Below, piece by piece: positions 10,083 through 21,266 of a DNA stretch of 64,000 nt. The notes under the pieces were generated by a model that saw nothing but the letters and a program-made list of their open reading frames with translations, did not search any database and was not told where the DNA came from. The translations under genes were made by a program, and so were the position numbers. Position 1 is the first letter of the stretch, and the number at the start of each line of letters is the position of its first letter. Origin of the DNA: Pseudomonadota bacterium (lineage in GTDB: Bacteria > Pseudomonadota > Gammaproteobacteria > Burkholderiales > Burkholderiaceae_B); NCBI GenBank assembly GCA_023388835.1, contig JAEWFK010000164.1, positions 16,155 through 80,154 of the forward strand. The letters run 5' to 3'.

Positions 10083-11387
10083 ATGAGCAAAAGCACGACG
10101 TATCCACGGTATCGAGCCGGTTCGGGGTGGAATGCGTTATTGCCGGCGAGAACGCCCCGTTCGGGCGCGCCGGAAGAGCGGCATTACGGCGCCTTGGTGA
10201 TTGGTGCCGGTGTGACCGGGCTGGCGGCGGCTCGGCGCGTTGCCGACCTGGAGCCCCATACCCGAGTGCTGCTGGTGGACGCCAGCACGGTGGGGGAAGG
10301 GTCCTCAGGCCGGAACTCCGGCTTTCTCATCAATCTGCCACACAATACCGGCATGTCGGGCCACGGCAGTGCGGTGGATGTCGCGCGCAAGCAGATCAGG
10401 CTCTACAACCTGGGCCTTGAGTGGCTGAAGTCTCTGGTCGACCGTTACGGCATCGATTGCGGTTGGAGTCCAGTCGGGAAGTACCATGCGGCGGCGACAT
10501 CCGATGGCGAGCGACGTCTGCACGACGCGCTACACCACTATCGCGAGTGGGGAGTGCCCTATAGGGAGTTCGATCAGTCCGCCCTGCAATACGCATTGGG
10601 CACGCGCTATTACCGTTATGGCTATCACTCGGACAACAATATCTTCGTCCAGCCCGCTGCTTTCGTGCGAGGCCTGGCTGACAGTCTGCCCACTAATGTC
10701 CGGCTCTGGGAAGGCGAGCCCGTCCTGTCGCTTGAGCGCGGCAAGCCGTTCAAAATCCGGACCGCTACGGCCGAACTGACGGCTGACCGTGTCATTATCG
10801 CGAACAATGGGTTTGCTGCGAAGCTGGGACTCGCGCAGGATCGTGTCTTCACCATCTACACCTATGCGGCCCTGACCCCCGAACTGGCGTCCGATGAACT
10901 GGCCAAACTGGGCCACGACGCCCAGTGGGGCGTGATTCCAGCCAACCGCCTGGGCACCACCTTGCGCCGGACACTCGATGGGCGCTTCATGGTCCGCAGC
11001 GCCTATTCCTATGAGTCCGAACAGTCCACGGACAAGGTCCGGGCGATGCTGCAAGATTGTTATCGGCGCCGTTATCCCGATATGCGTTCATTCGAGTTTG
11101 AGCATGTGTGGGGCGGCGTGACGGCCTTGACACGCAATGGAGCCGTGTACTTCGGAAAGGTCGATGACGGTCTTTTCGTGTCGATTGGCTGCAACGGCGC
11201 GGGCATGCTGAAGGGAAGTGTGTTCGGTAAGCTGTTGGGCGAGATGGCATGCAATGCGGAATCCCCCGAGCTCGCAGAAGCGCTGGGCTTCGAGCGGCCG
11301 TCGTGGTTGCCTCCGGAGCCCATCCGGCGCCTTGCCGTGACCTCAGCGATCAACTACCAGAAACTGCGCGCCGGCAAGGAACGATAA
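10083..11387 (+). CDS. FAD-dependent oxidoreductase, DAO/glycine-oxidase family (PuuB/OrdL-like)
   Basis: VIGAGVTGL, GSSGRNSGF, WGG, GCNGAG. Confidence 0.85.
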   Translation: MSKSTTYPRYRAGSGWNALLPARTPRSGAPEERHYGALVIGAGVTGLAAARRVADLEPHTRVLLVDASTVGEGSSGRNSGFLINLPHNTGMSGHGSAVDVARKQIRLYNLGLEWLKSLVDRYGIDCGWSPVGKYHAAATSDGERRLHDALHHYREWGVPYREFDQSALQYALGTRYYRYGYHSDNNIFVQPAAFVRGLADSLPTNVRLWEGEPVLSLERGKPFKIRTATAELTADRVIIANNGFAAKLGLAQDRVFTIYTYAALTPELASDELAKLGHDAQWGVIPANRLGTTLRRTLDGRFMVRSAYSYESEQSTDKVRAMLQDCYRRRYPDMRSFEFEHVWGGVTALTRNGAVYFGKVDDGLFVSIGCNGAGMLKGSVFGKLLGEMACNAESPELAEALGFERPSWLPPEPIRRLAVTSAINYQKLRAGKER

Positions 11388-11407
11388 AGGAATCGATCGC
11401 GAGCATC

Positions 11408-11490
11408 GCGCCAAGAACCAGCGCCAAGAAACCGGCGCCAAGAAACCGGCGCCAAGAAACCGGCGGAAAAAAACCGGCGCCAAGAAATCG
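11408..11490. repeat. 14-bp tandem repeat, 6 copies (consensus GCGCCAAGAAACCG)
   Basis: Three exact units at 11421, 11435, 11449; degenerate units at 11408, 11463, 11477. Confidence 0.92.
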
Positions 11491-11524
11491 GGTCAGACAA
11501 CGATTTTGTCTCACCCGATTTCTT
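11482..11524. terminator. 19-bp inverted repeat between convergent genes (bidirectional terminator or REP-like element)
   Basis: AAGAAATCGGGTCAGACAA-CGATT-TTGTCTCACCCGATTTCTT, one mismatch. Confidence 0.7.
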
Positions 11525-12259
11525 ATAGGAGCCGGTGTCGGTCGGTGAGCAGTTGACCGATGCGATTGACGCGCATGTCGACGTAGGCGCTACGCCCGTG
11601 ATGGTATGGGTTGTGCGGCGTGCCGGGGTGGTGGCTGAGGACGGTGCGGATACCCAGGGCCTTGGCGCTGCGCAGGTTCTTCAGGGTGTCGTCGACCAGT
11701 ATGACTTGCTGAGCCGGTACGCGCAGGTGCGCCAGCAATTGGCGCAGCATGGCCATCGAGGGCTTGGGCTTCAGCCTTCCCTGCAGGCGCATGTCGTCGA
11801 TGGTCCAGAGCGCTTCAAATTCTTGCAGAATACCCAGCGTGCGCAGAACATCCCGCGCGTACTTATGGGGAGCATTGGTGAGCAGTATCTTGCGCCCCGG
11901 CAGCCGCGCGAGTTTGGTGGCGATGCCCGATTCGGCATGCACGAGAGGAGCGACATCGAAGCGGTGGGTCGCTTCCAGGAACTGGTCAGCGCCGATGCCA
12001 TGATGCTTTTCCAGGCCGATGGCGGTGGCGCCGTAACGGGCCCAATACTCATGGCGCAGGGCGTCGGCCTGCGCCCAATCAAGACCCAGAAGTTCGGCCA
12101 TGGCCGTCGACATGGCGCCGTCGATGGCCTTGAAGATATGGCGTGAGCAATCATGCAGTGTGTTGTCGAGGTCGAACAGCCACACGGTTTCGCCCGCGCG
12201 CAAGGCGTGGACCGGCTTGCGGGGGCGGTGCAGAGGCAAAGGTCTGCGCAGTGGCGGCA

Positions 12260-12260
<1 letters not shown>
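11523..12260 (-). CDS. HAD-family pyrimidine 5'-nucleotidase
   Basis: FDLDNTL motif I, LTNAP, KPKP, VDDTLKNL; overlaps argB stop. Confidence 0.88.
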
Positions 12261-13171
<911 letters not shown>

Positions 13172-13663
13172 TTAGCCCAGAGCTTTGTCCACAGTGGCAA
13201 GGAAGGACTCCTTGTCGTAGTTGCCGAGATAGCGTCGGATGATGTTGCCCTGCTTGTCGATCAGGAAAGCCGTGGGTGTGAGCTTGACGTCGCCGAAAGC
13301 GCGCGCGATTTCGCCATTGGCATCGACCACGACCTTGAAGGGCAGTTCGCGGGACTCCGTGAAATTCTTCACGTAGTTGGGAGGATCGTACTGCATGGCG
13401 ACCGCGATGGTTTCGTAGCCCCGATCTTTGAGTTCGTTGTAGTTCTTGATGTTGTCCGGCATTTGCGCCACGCAGGTGACGCAGCTGGTGGCCCAGAACT
13501 TGACCAGAACGACTTTGCCGCGCAGGTCTTGCGTGGTGAGCTGTTCGCCGGTAAGGGTGGTGAACGTGACATCGGGCGCGGTCTTGGCGGCGCTCGGAAG
13601 CTGCCAGACAGCGACACCCGCTACGACGATGACGGCGGCGACGGCAAGAAAAATCTTCTTCAT
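13172..13663 (-). CDS. TlpA-family thiol-disulfide oxidoreductase
   Basis: FWATSCVTC CxxC motif, N-terminal anchor, TPTAFLID. Confidence 0.88.
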   Translation of the reverse strand: MKKIFLAVAAVIVVAGVAVWQLPSAAKTAPDVTFTTLTGEQLTTQDLRGKVVLVKFWATSCVTCVAQMPDNIKNYNELKDRGYETIAVAMQYDPPNYVKNFTESRELPFKVVVDANGEIARAFGDVKLTPTAFLIDKQGNIIRRYLGNYDKESFLATVDKALG

Positions 13664-14373
13664 TGGACAGGCATGGCTTGCACGCCACTGGCTTCAGCGG
13701 CGGCATCGGTGTTGTTGGGGGAAGAGGTGTCCACCTGTTCTATGGGGGCTGGAGCAGCGTTCTGTTGGACGCTTTCAGGTGGGACAATCTCGAACAATTT
13801 TACTACTTTGTTGATGCCTGAAACGGCCGACACCGCCTTGGCGGCGCGTGCACCTTCGGTCTCTGTGACGCGGCCCTGCAGGTAGACGATGCCGCGCTCC
13901 GTGGTCACATTGATGGTGCGCGAAGGGACTTCCTTGGTGTTGATCAGGGTGGTGCGGACCTTCGAGCTCAGCCAGGTGTCATTGCTGCGTACGCTGGTGG
14001 GTGTGACGTCGCCCACGCGAAGCTGGTTCACCACGCGGCTGACCTTGTCGACCCCCTGGGCGGCCTGCGCGGCGCGCTGTTTGTCTTGCTCGGAAGGAAC
14101 GTCGCCCAGCAACAGGACCTGGCCGGCATACGAGTGCGCGCTGATGCGCAGGTTCTGCGTGTCGGGGAAGAGGCGGCGCATTTCGCTGCCGACCTTCAGC
14201 TCGATGGACTTGTCTTCAACCTGTTCGCCTGCCGTACGCCGGTCGCTGACGACCATGGCCGTGGTGGCGGCGGTACCCCCGACCACCAGCGCTCCGCAGC
14301 CGGAAAGCGCGGTAAGGGCGGCCAACGCAAGGCCGGCGAATAGAGCGAATCTGGACTCAGTGTGGCTGGACAT
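13660..14373 (-). CDS. dual-BON-domain lipoprotein (DolP/YraP-like)
   Basis: Lipobox LSGC, DRRTAG, two BON repeats; in the yraN-diaA-yraP cluster. Confidence 0.9.
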   Translation of the reverse strand: MSSHTESRFALFAGLALAALTALSGCGALVVGGTAATTAMVVSDRRTAGEQVEDKSIELKVGSEMRRLFPDTQNLRISAHSYAGQVLLLGDVPSEQDKQRAAQAAQGVDKVSRVVNQLRVGDVTPTSVRSNDTWLSSKVRTTLINTKEVPSRTINVTTERGIVYLQGRVTETEGARAAKAVSAVSGINKVVKLFEIVPPESVQQNAAPAPIEQVDTSSPNNTDAAAEASGVQAMPVQ

Positions 14374-14966
14374 TAAAGCGTGTCTCCGAGAAGCAGGGCG
14401 TCGATGCCGTCGCAAAGGGCATGCAGCAGCAGGATGTGGACTTCCTGGATGCGCATGGTGCGATCATGTGGAACGCATAAATGGATATCGGTCTCCATGA
14501 GCAGGTGGGCAATTTCGCCGCCGCCCTTGCCGGTGAGTGCGATGACCGCCATCTCGCGATCGTGTGCGGCTTCGATGGCCTTGATGACGTTGGGCGAGTT
14601 GCCGCTGGTGGAAATGGCCACCAGTACGTCGCCGGGCTGGCCCAGTGCGTTGACCTGCCGTTCGAAGACGGCATTGAATCCGTAGTCGTTGCCGACCGCG
14701 GTCATGATGGAGGTGTCGGTGTTCAGGGCGACGCCGGCCAGCGGCAGGCGGTCGCGCTCGAAGCGGCCGACCAGCTCCGCGATGAAATGCTGGGCGTCTG
14801 CAGCAGAGCCGCCGTTGCCGCAAGCGAGAATCTTGCAATTGTTGGCGAGCGCGCCGAAGAGGAGCTCGACGCCGGTGGAGAGCGGTTCCGCCAGTTCACG
14901 CGCGCTGGCCTTGAAAGTGTCGACGGCGTCATCGAAGTGGGACGCCATGTGTGCGGTCATGTCCAT
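14373..14966 (-). CDS. gmhA: phosphoheptose isomerase / DiaA-like SIS protein
   Basis: CGNGGSAADAQH, NDYG, STSGNS, RIQEVH; DiaA identity equally possible by synteny. Confidence 0.8.
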   Translation of the reverse strand: MDMTAHMASHFDDAVDTFKASARELAEPLSTGVELLFGALANNCKILACGNGGSAADAQHFIAELVGRFERDRLPLAGVALNTDTSIMTAVGNDYGFNAVFERQVNALGQPGDVLVAISTSGNSPNVIKAIEAAHDREMAVIALTGKGGGEIAHLLMETDIHLCVPHDRTMRIQEVHILLLHALCDGIDALLLGDTL

Positions 14967-15008
14967 AGGGCCGATTATCTCACTTTTCGATTTCAGGGAA
15001 GCGGGCTT

Positions 15009-15386
15009 CTATTCGGTGAAGGCGTGGCGGATCCAGTCCAGCCTGCCATCCTGCACGCAGATGACGTCGAAGCGGCAGGCCGGCATGCGCCCTGCGCAGT
15101 GGCGACGCACGATGCGTGGCAGAAAATACCGGGCTGCACGCAGCAGACGCTGTTGTTTTCCCCGGTTTACACTGGCGGCAGCCCCGCCATGGCTACTCGA
15201 GCCCCGGTATCGTACCTCTACAAAGACCAGCGTTTCACCGTCCAGGACCACCAGATCGATCTCGCCCGCCCGGCAAAGCAGATTTCGCTCCAGCACACGC
15301 ACGCCATGGCGTTCAAGCCACGCCGCGGCCCGGGTCTCTGATTGGTGTCCTGTGGTTTGGGTGGGGGAGGGCGCCATGACGGTCAT
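15009..15386 (-). CDS. yraN: YraN family protein (UPF0102)
   Basis: GEIDLV, LVFVEVRYR, CRFDV; start 15386 or 15377. Confidence 0.9.
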   Translation of the reverse strand: MTVMAPSPTQTTGHQSETRAAAWLERHGVRVLERNLLCRAGEIDLVVLDGETLVFVEVRYRGSSSHGGAAASVNRGKQQRLLRAARYFLPRIVRRHCAGRMPACRFDVICVQDGRLDWIRHAFTE

Positions 15387-15410
15387 TGCCAGCAAAGCAG
15401 GAAATCCAGT

Positions 15411-16334
15411 ATGAACGACAACAGCCCGCTTACGGAAGCCTCATCGACATGGAAACGTCTCGCTGACCGTGTCGCGGCCCAGCACTGGCCGGCGCCCGCG
15501 CTTTATGTGGTGGCGACTCCCATCGGCAACCTGGGTGACCTGGGCATGCGGGCCTGGCAGGCGCTGCAGCGCTGCGATGTCATCGCCGCGGAAGACACGC
15601 GCTCCAGCCGCCCGCTCATGGACGCATGGGGCATCACGACCCCTTTGATGGCGGCGCATCGGCACAATGAAGCGGCCGCTGCCCAAGCCATCGTGCTCCG
15701 GCTGGAAGCCGGCGAACGTGTGGCGCTGATCTCGGATGCGGGCGCGCCAGCGGTGAGCGACCCCGGCGCACGCATCGTGCGCAGCGTACGCGAGGCGGGG
15801 TACCCCGTGGTGCCGGTGCCGGGCGCCAGCGCCGTGATCGCCGCCCTCATGGGCAGCGGGGTGACGTCGGACGAAAACCCCGCCTTTGTGTTCGCCGGAT
15901 TTGCGCCGGCCAAGCAGGGGGCGCGACGCAAATGGCTGCAACGCTGGTGCGCCGTACCGGCGCCCGTCGTACTGTTCGAGTCGCCCCATCGGATACAAGC
16001 GACGGTGGATGACATGGTGGCCGTCTGCGGTCCCGACCGCCGGCTGACTATTACGCGCGAACTCACGAAGCGATTTGAGCAGATCGATACATTGCCTCTT
16101 CAGGATGCCGTTGCGTGGCTGGAAGGCGACGCTCATCGACGCCAAGGAGAATTCGTTCTCATCATCCATGAGGCCGAAGCCCCCGCGCAGGAAGATGAGA
16201 TCGATGCCCAGGCCATCGCGCTGCTCGACGCACTGCTTGAGACGCTGTCCGTTCGAGATGCCGTGAAAGTCGCGGCCAAAGTCAGCGGCGCCCCCCGGGA
16301 CGCGCTATACGCCATGGCTCTTGAGCGCAAATAG
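15411..16334 (+). CDS. rsmI: 16S rRNA (cytidine1402-2'-O)-methyltransferase
   Basis: LYVVATPIGNL, AEDTR, SDAGAPAVSDPG, FESPHR, RELTKRFE. Confidence 0.96.
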   Translation: MNDNSPLTEASSTWKRLADRVAAQHWPAPALYVVATPIGNLGDLGMRAWQALQRCDVIAAEDTRSSRPLMDAWGITTPLMAAHRHNEAAAAQAIVLRLEAGERVALISDAGAPAVSDPGARIVRSVREAGYPVVPVPGASAVIAALMGSGVTSDENPAFVFAGFAPAKQGARRKWLQRWCAVPAPVVLFESPHRIQATVDDMVAVCGPDRRLTITRELTKRFEQIDTLPLQDAVAWLEGDAHRRQGEFVLIIHEAEAPAQEDEIDAQAIALLDALLETLSVRDAVKVAAKVSGAPRDALYAMALERK

Positions 16335-16336
16335 CA

Positions 16337-17710
16337 CTATCGTATTTTGTCGTGGGTAGCGAGGGCATCTTCCAGCGCAGCGCCTATTCGCAGCAATATC
16401 GATTCGCTTTGTGGCTGGCCGATGATTTGCAAGGAGGTGGGCATGTTGTTGGCGCCTGTTCCATTGGGCAGCGCCAGGGCGGCATAAGAAAGAAAGCTGA
16501 CGAAACGCGTGAGTTCGGCGGGCACCCAGTTCATGTGCCCGATCTCACTCAAGGGTACTGCCGTGCCGCGTGTGGTGGGGGTCAGCAAGGCATCGAAACC
16601 GCTCAAAGCCTGGTCAAAATCATGGCGCATCCGGCGGCGCTGCTCCAACAGCCGCTCATGTGCACCCTCCGGCAGTTCCCGCGCTTCACTGAAACGCTGT
16701 CTGACGCTTTCGTCCATGGGTTCAGCCGGGTCGTTCACGATGGCGGCAATGCGGGGGAAGCCTTCGACGGCAATCAACGATGCGGTCAAAGAGGCGAAGG
16801 CATCCAGAGCATGGGGGAAAGCGAACGGTACGAGCTCGGCGCCGAGAGTGCGCAGAACGTCCAGGGAATGATCATAAGCAGCCAGCACATCGGCGTGAAT
16901 CAGTTTGCGTTCTGTATCGGCCAGCACGGCGAGACGCCGACCTTCCAGGGCAACGCTACGTCCGGAAGCAAGAATGTCCCGTGGCGCCGGTATGCCCGAC
17001 ATGGCTTCATAGGCGAGGGCAACATCCCGCACACTGCGTGCCAAGGGACCGATGGTATCCAGGCTGCGGCTCAATGAGCCGACGCCGGCATCAGGGATGG
17101 TGCCGAGCGTAGGACGTAAACCGGTGAGACCGCAGAAGGCGGAAGGTATCCTTACCGAGCCGCCCGTATCCGTGCCCACGGCCCAGGGAGCCAGGCCGGC
17201 GGCAACGGCGGCGGCTGAACCGCTGCTGGAGCCGCCAGTGATGAAGTGCTGATCCGAGGATAACGGATTTCGGGGGGCGCCCAGCTTTTCATTGCTGCCA
17301 TGCGAACCGTAGGCGAATTCCACCGTGTGAGTTTTGCCTAGCAGCACCATGCCGGCGTCGCGCAAGCGCTTGACCAGTTCGGCATCACGGGTGGCCCGGT
17401 AAGCGGCCGAGGTATGCGTACCCAGCCCGGTGCGTTCACCTGAGACGTCGACCAGATCCTTCAACGCATAAGGAATGCCGCAGAAGCGGCCGGCCTTGCC
17501 TGCCGCCCTGGCTTTATCCGCTTCCTGCGCCTGTTTGCGCGCGCTTTCTTCAAAGATGGCGGTATAGGCGTGGATGTAGTCATTCCGCTGTCTGATTCGT
17601 TCCAGGAAAGCATCCGTGATTTCCGCGGATGAGGCTTCGCCTGAATCGAGAAGCGCCATGATCTCGTGTATCTGCATCTGTGCGATAGAGGATTTCATGG
17701 TGTCGTGCAT
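16337..17710 (-). CDS. amidase-signature family amidase
   Basis: ALKDL (catalytic Lys), GGSSSGSAAAVAAG, GTDTGGSVRIP; start at ATG 17710 or 17698, the longer ORF overlaps the upstream ATPase. Confidence 0.92.
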   Translation of the reverse strand: MHDTMKSSIAQMQIHEIMALLDSGEASSAEITDAFLERIRQRNDYIHAYTAIFEESARKQAQEADKARAAGKAGRFCGIPYALKDLVDVSGERTGLGTHTSAAYRATRDAELVKRLRDAGMVLLGKTHTVEFAYGSHGSNEKLGAPRNPLSSDQHFITGGSSSGSAAAVAAGLAPWAVGTDTGGSVRIPSAFCGLTGLRPTLGTIPDAGVGSLSRSLDTIGPLARSVRDVALAYEAMSGIPAPRDILASGRSVALEGRRLAVLADTERKLIHADVLAAYDHSLDVLRTLGAELVPFAFPHALDAFASLTASLIAVEGFPRIAAIVNDPAEPMDESVRQRFSEARELPEGAHERLLEQRRRMRHDFDQALSGFDALLTPTTRGTAVPLSEIGHMNWVPAELTRFVSFLSYAALALPNGTGANNMPTSLQIIGQPQSESILLRIGAALEDALATHDKIR

Positions 17711-17759
17711 TGTTGTGTTCCTGAAGGGTTCAAATGCGGCAAACGGCGTTAGAAACTGG

Positions 17760-19388
17760 TCAGGCGGCTTGCGACCACGCTGCGCCCGGCGCCGCGGCGA
17801 AAAGCTGGCGGGTGTACTCATGCCGGGGCGCGGCGAGCAGGTCGGCGGCGGTGGCGAGCTCCACCAGCTTACCCTTCTGCATGACGGCGATCCGGTCGCA
17901 CAGCTGGGTGGCGACGCGCAAGTCGTGCGTGATGAACACCATTGCGAAGCCAAGCTGCTTTTGTAGCGATTCGAACAATTCCAGTACCTGGGCCTGTACC
18001 GAAACGTCCAGGGCCGAGACGGCTTCGTCCGCGATGATGACCTCCGGGTCCATTGCCAGGGCGCGGGCGATGCAGATGCGCTGGCGCTGGCCGCCTGAGA
18101 ACTGGTGAGGATAGCGCAACAGGCTGTCCTGGGGCAGCCCTACCAGTTTCATCAGTTCGGCAGCGCGCGTGCGGGCGGTGGCTGCCGGCACACCTGCTTC
18201 CACCGGCCCTTCCGTCAGCGCCTGCATGATCCGGTGCCGTGGGTTCAGAGAACGGAAAGGGTCCTGAAAGATCATCTGGATCCGCCGTCGTATCGGTGTC
18301 AGGGCTTTGCCCAGCAAGGCTGTGATATCGATGCCCTGAAAGAGGATTTCCCCTGAGGTGACGGGATTGGACCGGGTGATGCAGCGGCCCAATGATGATT
18401 TTCCGGAGCCCGATTCCCCGACGATCCCCAGGATCTCGCCCTTGTCCAGAACAAAGGAAACATCGTCGATGGCGTGAGTCACCCTGCGTTTACCCAGCAG
18501 GCTGCGGCTGTCATAGGTCAGATGCACGTTCTTTACTTCAAGCAGCGGCGCGTCCTGGCGCTGGCTGCTGAGCTTAGGCCGCCCATGAGGGACGGCGGCC
18601 AGCAGCGTGCGGGTGTACTCATGTTGCGGCGTGGTCAGAACAGCCTGTGCCGTGCCGGTTTCAACGATCTCGCCTTGCTTCATCACGGCCACCCGGTCCG
18701 CGATCGTGCGAACGACGTCGAAGTCATGCGTGATGAACAGGATGCCGCTGTCGTGCTTTTCCTGAAGTTCCTTGAACAGTTTCAGAACTTGCGCCTGGGT
18801 AGTAACGTCAAGAGCGGTGGTGGGTTCGTCGGCGATGATCAGGACCGGGTCCAGGGCGATGGCCATGGCAATGACGATGCGCTGGCGTTGCCCCCCCGAC
18901 AACTGATGGGGGTAGGCATCGATCATGGCGTCAGGTTCTGGCAGGTGGACGTCACGCATCAGCGCCAGCACCTGCTTGCGAATGGCCTCGTCAGACATCT
19001 CCGGGCGATGCGTCTGGATCACTTCCGCGATCTGATCGCCAACCCGCATCAGGGGGTTGAGGGCGGTCATGGGTTCCTGAAACACCATGCTTACCCGGTT
19101 GCCCCGCAGTTTGCGCAAGGTCTGCTCGCCGGCGCCGACGAGTTCCTGGCCGTCCAGGCGGATCGAGCCTTTGGAGATGCTCAATGTGCGGGCGGGCAGC
19201 AAGCCTATGACGGCGGACGCCGTTACGGACTTGCCCGAACCGGATTCGCCGATCAGGCAGAATATTTCGCGCTTTCTGATGGCGAGATGGACATCGCGCA
19301 CGATGGAGGCGGTTTTATCTTGTGCGCGATTCGTGACTTCCAGGTTCTCGATTTCCAGGATGATGTCAGTGGATATGTGCTCAGTCAT
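17760..19388 (-). CDS. peptide/nickel-type ABC ATPase with two fused NBDs
   Basis: Two GESGSGKS Walker A motifs, LSGGQRQR / [16 protein letters not shown] / DEAVSALD. Confidence 0.93.
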   Translation of the reverse strand: MTEHISTDIILEIENLEVTNRAQDKTASIVRDVHLAIRKREIFCLIGESGSGKSVTASAVIGLLPARTLSISKGSIRLDGQELVGAGEQTLRKLRGNRVSMVFQEPMTALNPLMRVGDQIAEVIQTHRPEMSDEAIRKQVLALMRDVHLPEPDAMIDAYPHQLSGGQRQRIVIAMAIALDPVLIIADEPTTALDVTTQAQVLKLFKELQEKHDSGILFITHDFDVVRTIADRVAVMKQGEIVETGTAQAVLTTPQHEYTRTLLAAVPHGRPKLSSQRQDAPLLEVKNVHLTYDSRSLLGKRRVTHAIDDVSFVLDKGEILGIVGESGSGKSSLGRCITRSNPVTSGEILFQGIDITALLGKALTPIRRRIQMIFQDPFRSLNPRHRIMQALTEGPVEAGVPAATARTRAAELMKLVGLPQDSLLRYPHQFSGGQRQRICIARALAMDPEVIIADEAVSALDVSVQAQVLELFESLQKQLGFAMVFITHDLRVATQLCDRIAVMQKGKLVELATAADLLAAPRHEYTRQLFAAAPGAAWSQAA

Positions 19389-20217
19389 GCGTTCTCCCGG
19401 CCATTTTTGGATCGAGCCGATCGCGCAGACCGTCGCCCAGCACATTCACGGCAAGTACGGTGAGGGCCAGAAATATTCCCGGCGCAGTGGTGACCCATGG
19501 CGCTCTCTGGAAGACCGGCCGGCCTTCCGCCATGATGTTGCCGAAGGTCGGGGTCTGCGGAGGGAAGCCTACGCCCAGGAAGCCCAGCGCCGCCTCCAGC
19601 AGGATGGCAGCGGCAAAAACGTAGCTGGCCTGGACGATGAGGGGCGGCAGGCAGTTCGGCAAGATATGGCGCCACATGACCTTGTAGCGCGGGATGCCCA
19701 GCCCGATCGCAGCCTCAATGTAGGCTTCTTCGCGCAAGGTCAGGACGACGCCACGCACCAGACGGACCACGCGCGGGATTTCCGGCAAGGTGATGGCCAG
19801 TACCACGGAATAGAGATTGGCCCCGATGAGGGACACGAGAGCGATAGCCAGCAGAATGCCGGGAATCGCCATCAAGCCGTCCATGATGCGCATGAGGATG
19901 CGATCCCAGAAGCGCGAGGCTCCGGCGATCAGGCCGATCAGTGCACCGATGGCAATGGTCCCGCCGGCGGCAAGCAGGCCTATCAGCAAAGAAGTACGGC
20001 TTCCGTAAAGAACCCGGGAGAACAGATCCCGTCCCAGTGCGTCGGTGCCGAACCAGAAATCCGCGCCAGGCGGCCGCAGACGCAGACGGGGCTGCATCAG
20101 TGAAGGGTCGGTCGAGGTGATGAAGGGCGTCAGCAGGCTGATGAGCAGCATGATCAGCAATGCGATGGAGCCGATGAGCGCCAGCTTGTTATGACGGAGA
20201 AGCGAGAATACTTTCAT
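19381..20217 (-). CDS. peptide ABC permease (DppC-like)
   Basis: FGTDALGRD, YIEAA..G, RHILPN, GDGLRDRLDP. Confidence 0.92.
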   Translation of the reverse strand: MKVFSLLRHNKLALIGSIALLIMLLISLLTPFITSTDPSLMQPRLRLRPPGADFWFGTDALGRDLFSRVLYGSRTSLLIGLLAAGGTIAIGALIGLIAGASRFWDRILMRIMDGLMAIPGILLAIALVSLIGANLYSVVLAITLPEIPRVVRLVRGVVLTLREEAYIEAAIGLGIPRYKVMWRHILPNCLPPLIVQASYVFAAAILLEAALGFLGVGFPPQTPTFGNIMAEGRPVFQRAPWVTTAPGIFLALTVLAVNVLGDGLRDRLDPKMAGRTHD

Positions 20218-20234
20218 GTGTCGTGGCTCCGCAT

Positions 20235-21173
20235 TCAATAGCTGATGCGTGGGTCGATGACGACATAGCAGATGTCTATGAACAGATTGATCAAGATATA
20301 GACAAGCGAGAAAAGCAGGATCACTCCTTGTACGACGGGGAAGTCGCGCGCAAGGACGGCATCGATGGTCAGGCGGCCCAGCCCGGGCAGATTGAAGACG
20401 CTCTCCGTGATGACGACGCCGCTGATCAGGAATGCGACGCCAATCCCGATGACGGTGATGATTGGAACGGCGGCATTGCGCAGGACGTGGCGCATCAGGA
20501 TTTTGGTCTCGCTGACGCCTTTGGCGCGGGCGGTGCGCACAAAGTCTTCGTTCAGTATTTCAAGCACACTGGTGCGGGTGACCCGTGCGATGAGTGACAT
20601 ATAGAACACGGACAGTGCGATGGTGGGCAGGATGAGGTGTTGGGTGAAGAGCCAGAAATCCATATGCGGACTGACATAGCCCTGCACGGGGAACCAGCCG
20701 ACCCACACCGAGAAAAACAGGATGAGGAGATAGCCCACGACGAAACTGGGTATCGAGAAACCGGTGACGGCAAACAGCATCACGGCGCGATCTACCCAGG
20801 TGTTGTGCTTCCAGGCAGCCAGGATGCCCAGAGGCACAGCCAGCACTATCGTGAGGACGGCGGCCGACAGCGACAACAGCAATGTCGACTCCAGGCGATC
20901 GCCGATGAGATGGGATACTGGCAGGCTGGATACGATGGATGTGCCCAGGTCTCCGCTCAGCAACGCGCCTATCCACTTGAAATACTGAACGATGAGTGAA
21001 TCATTCAGGCCGAGTTGCTGGCGCAGTGCAGCGACGGCCTCGGGCGTCGCCATATCTCCGGCCAGGATGGTCGCGGGGTCGCCCGTTATCCGTACCAGCA
21101 GGAAGACGAGCGTGATCACCACCAGCATGACGGGAAGCGACGACAGGAGGCGTCTCAGGATGAAAATTACCAT
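20235..21173 (-). CDS. peptide ABC permease (DppB-like)
   Basis: GDPA, GDLGTS, FVRTARAKG, RDFPVVQG, IDPRI. Confidence 0.92.
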   Translation of the reverse strand: MVIFILRRLLSSLPVMLVVITLVFLLVRITGDPATILAGDMATPEAVAALRQQLGLNDSLIVQYFKWIGALLSGDLGTSIVSSLPVSHLIGDRLESTLLLSLSAAVLTIVLAVPLGILAAWKHNTWVDRAVMLFAVTGFSIPSFVVGYLLILFFSVWVGWFPVQGYVSPHMDFWLFTQHLILPTIALSVFYMSLIARVTRTSVLEILNEDFVRTARAKGVSETKILMRHVLRNAAVPIITVIGIGVAFLISGVVITESVFNLPGLGRLTIDAVLARDFPVVQGVILLFSLVYILINLFIDICYVVIDPRISY

Positions 21174-21266
21174 GATGCGAAGCCTGTGAAAGGGACGGGT
21201 TCAACCGTTTCCAATGCGGAGCCGGCGACCACTGTGACATGGCCACCGTTTCCGTATTGCGCTGAA

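Noticed and set aside
11408..11490. Possible CRISPR array
   Set aside because: Units are 14 bp and contiguous with no unique spacers; no cas genes in the window
16335..16336. rnpB (RNase P RNA) next to rsmI as in enterobacteria
   Set aside because: The amidase stop lies 2 bp from the rsmI stop; there is no room and no RNase P motif
17711..17953. N-terminal extension of the amidase ORF
   Set aside because: Overlaps the ABC ATPase in another frame; amidase-like sequence starts near ATG 17710
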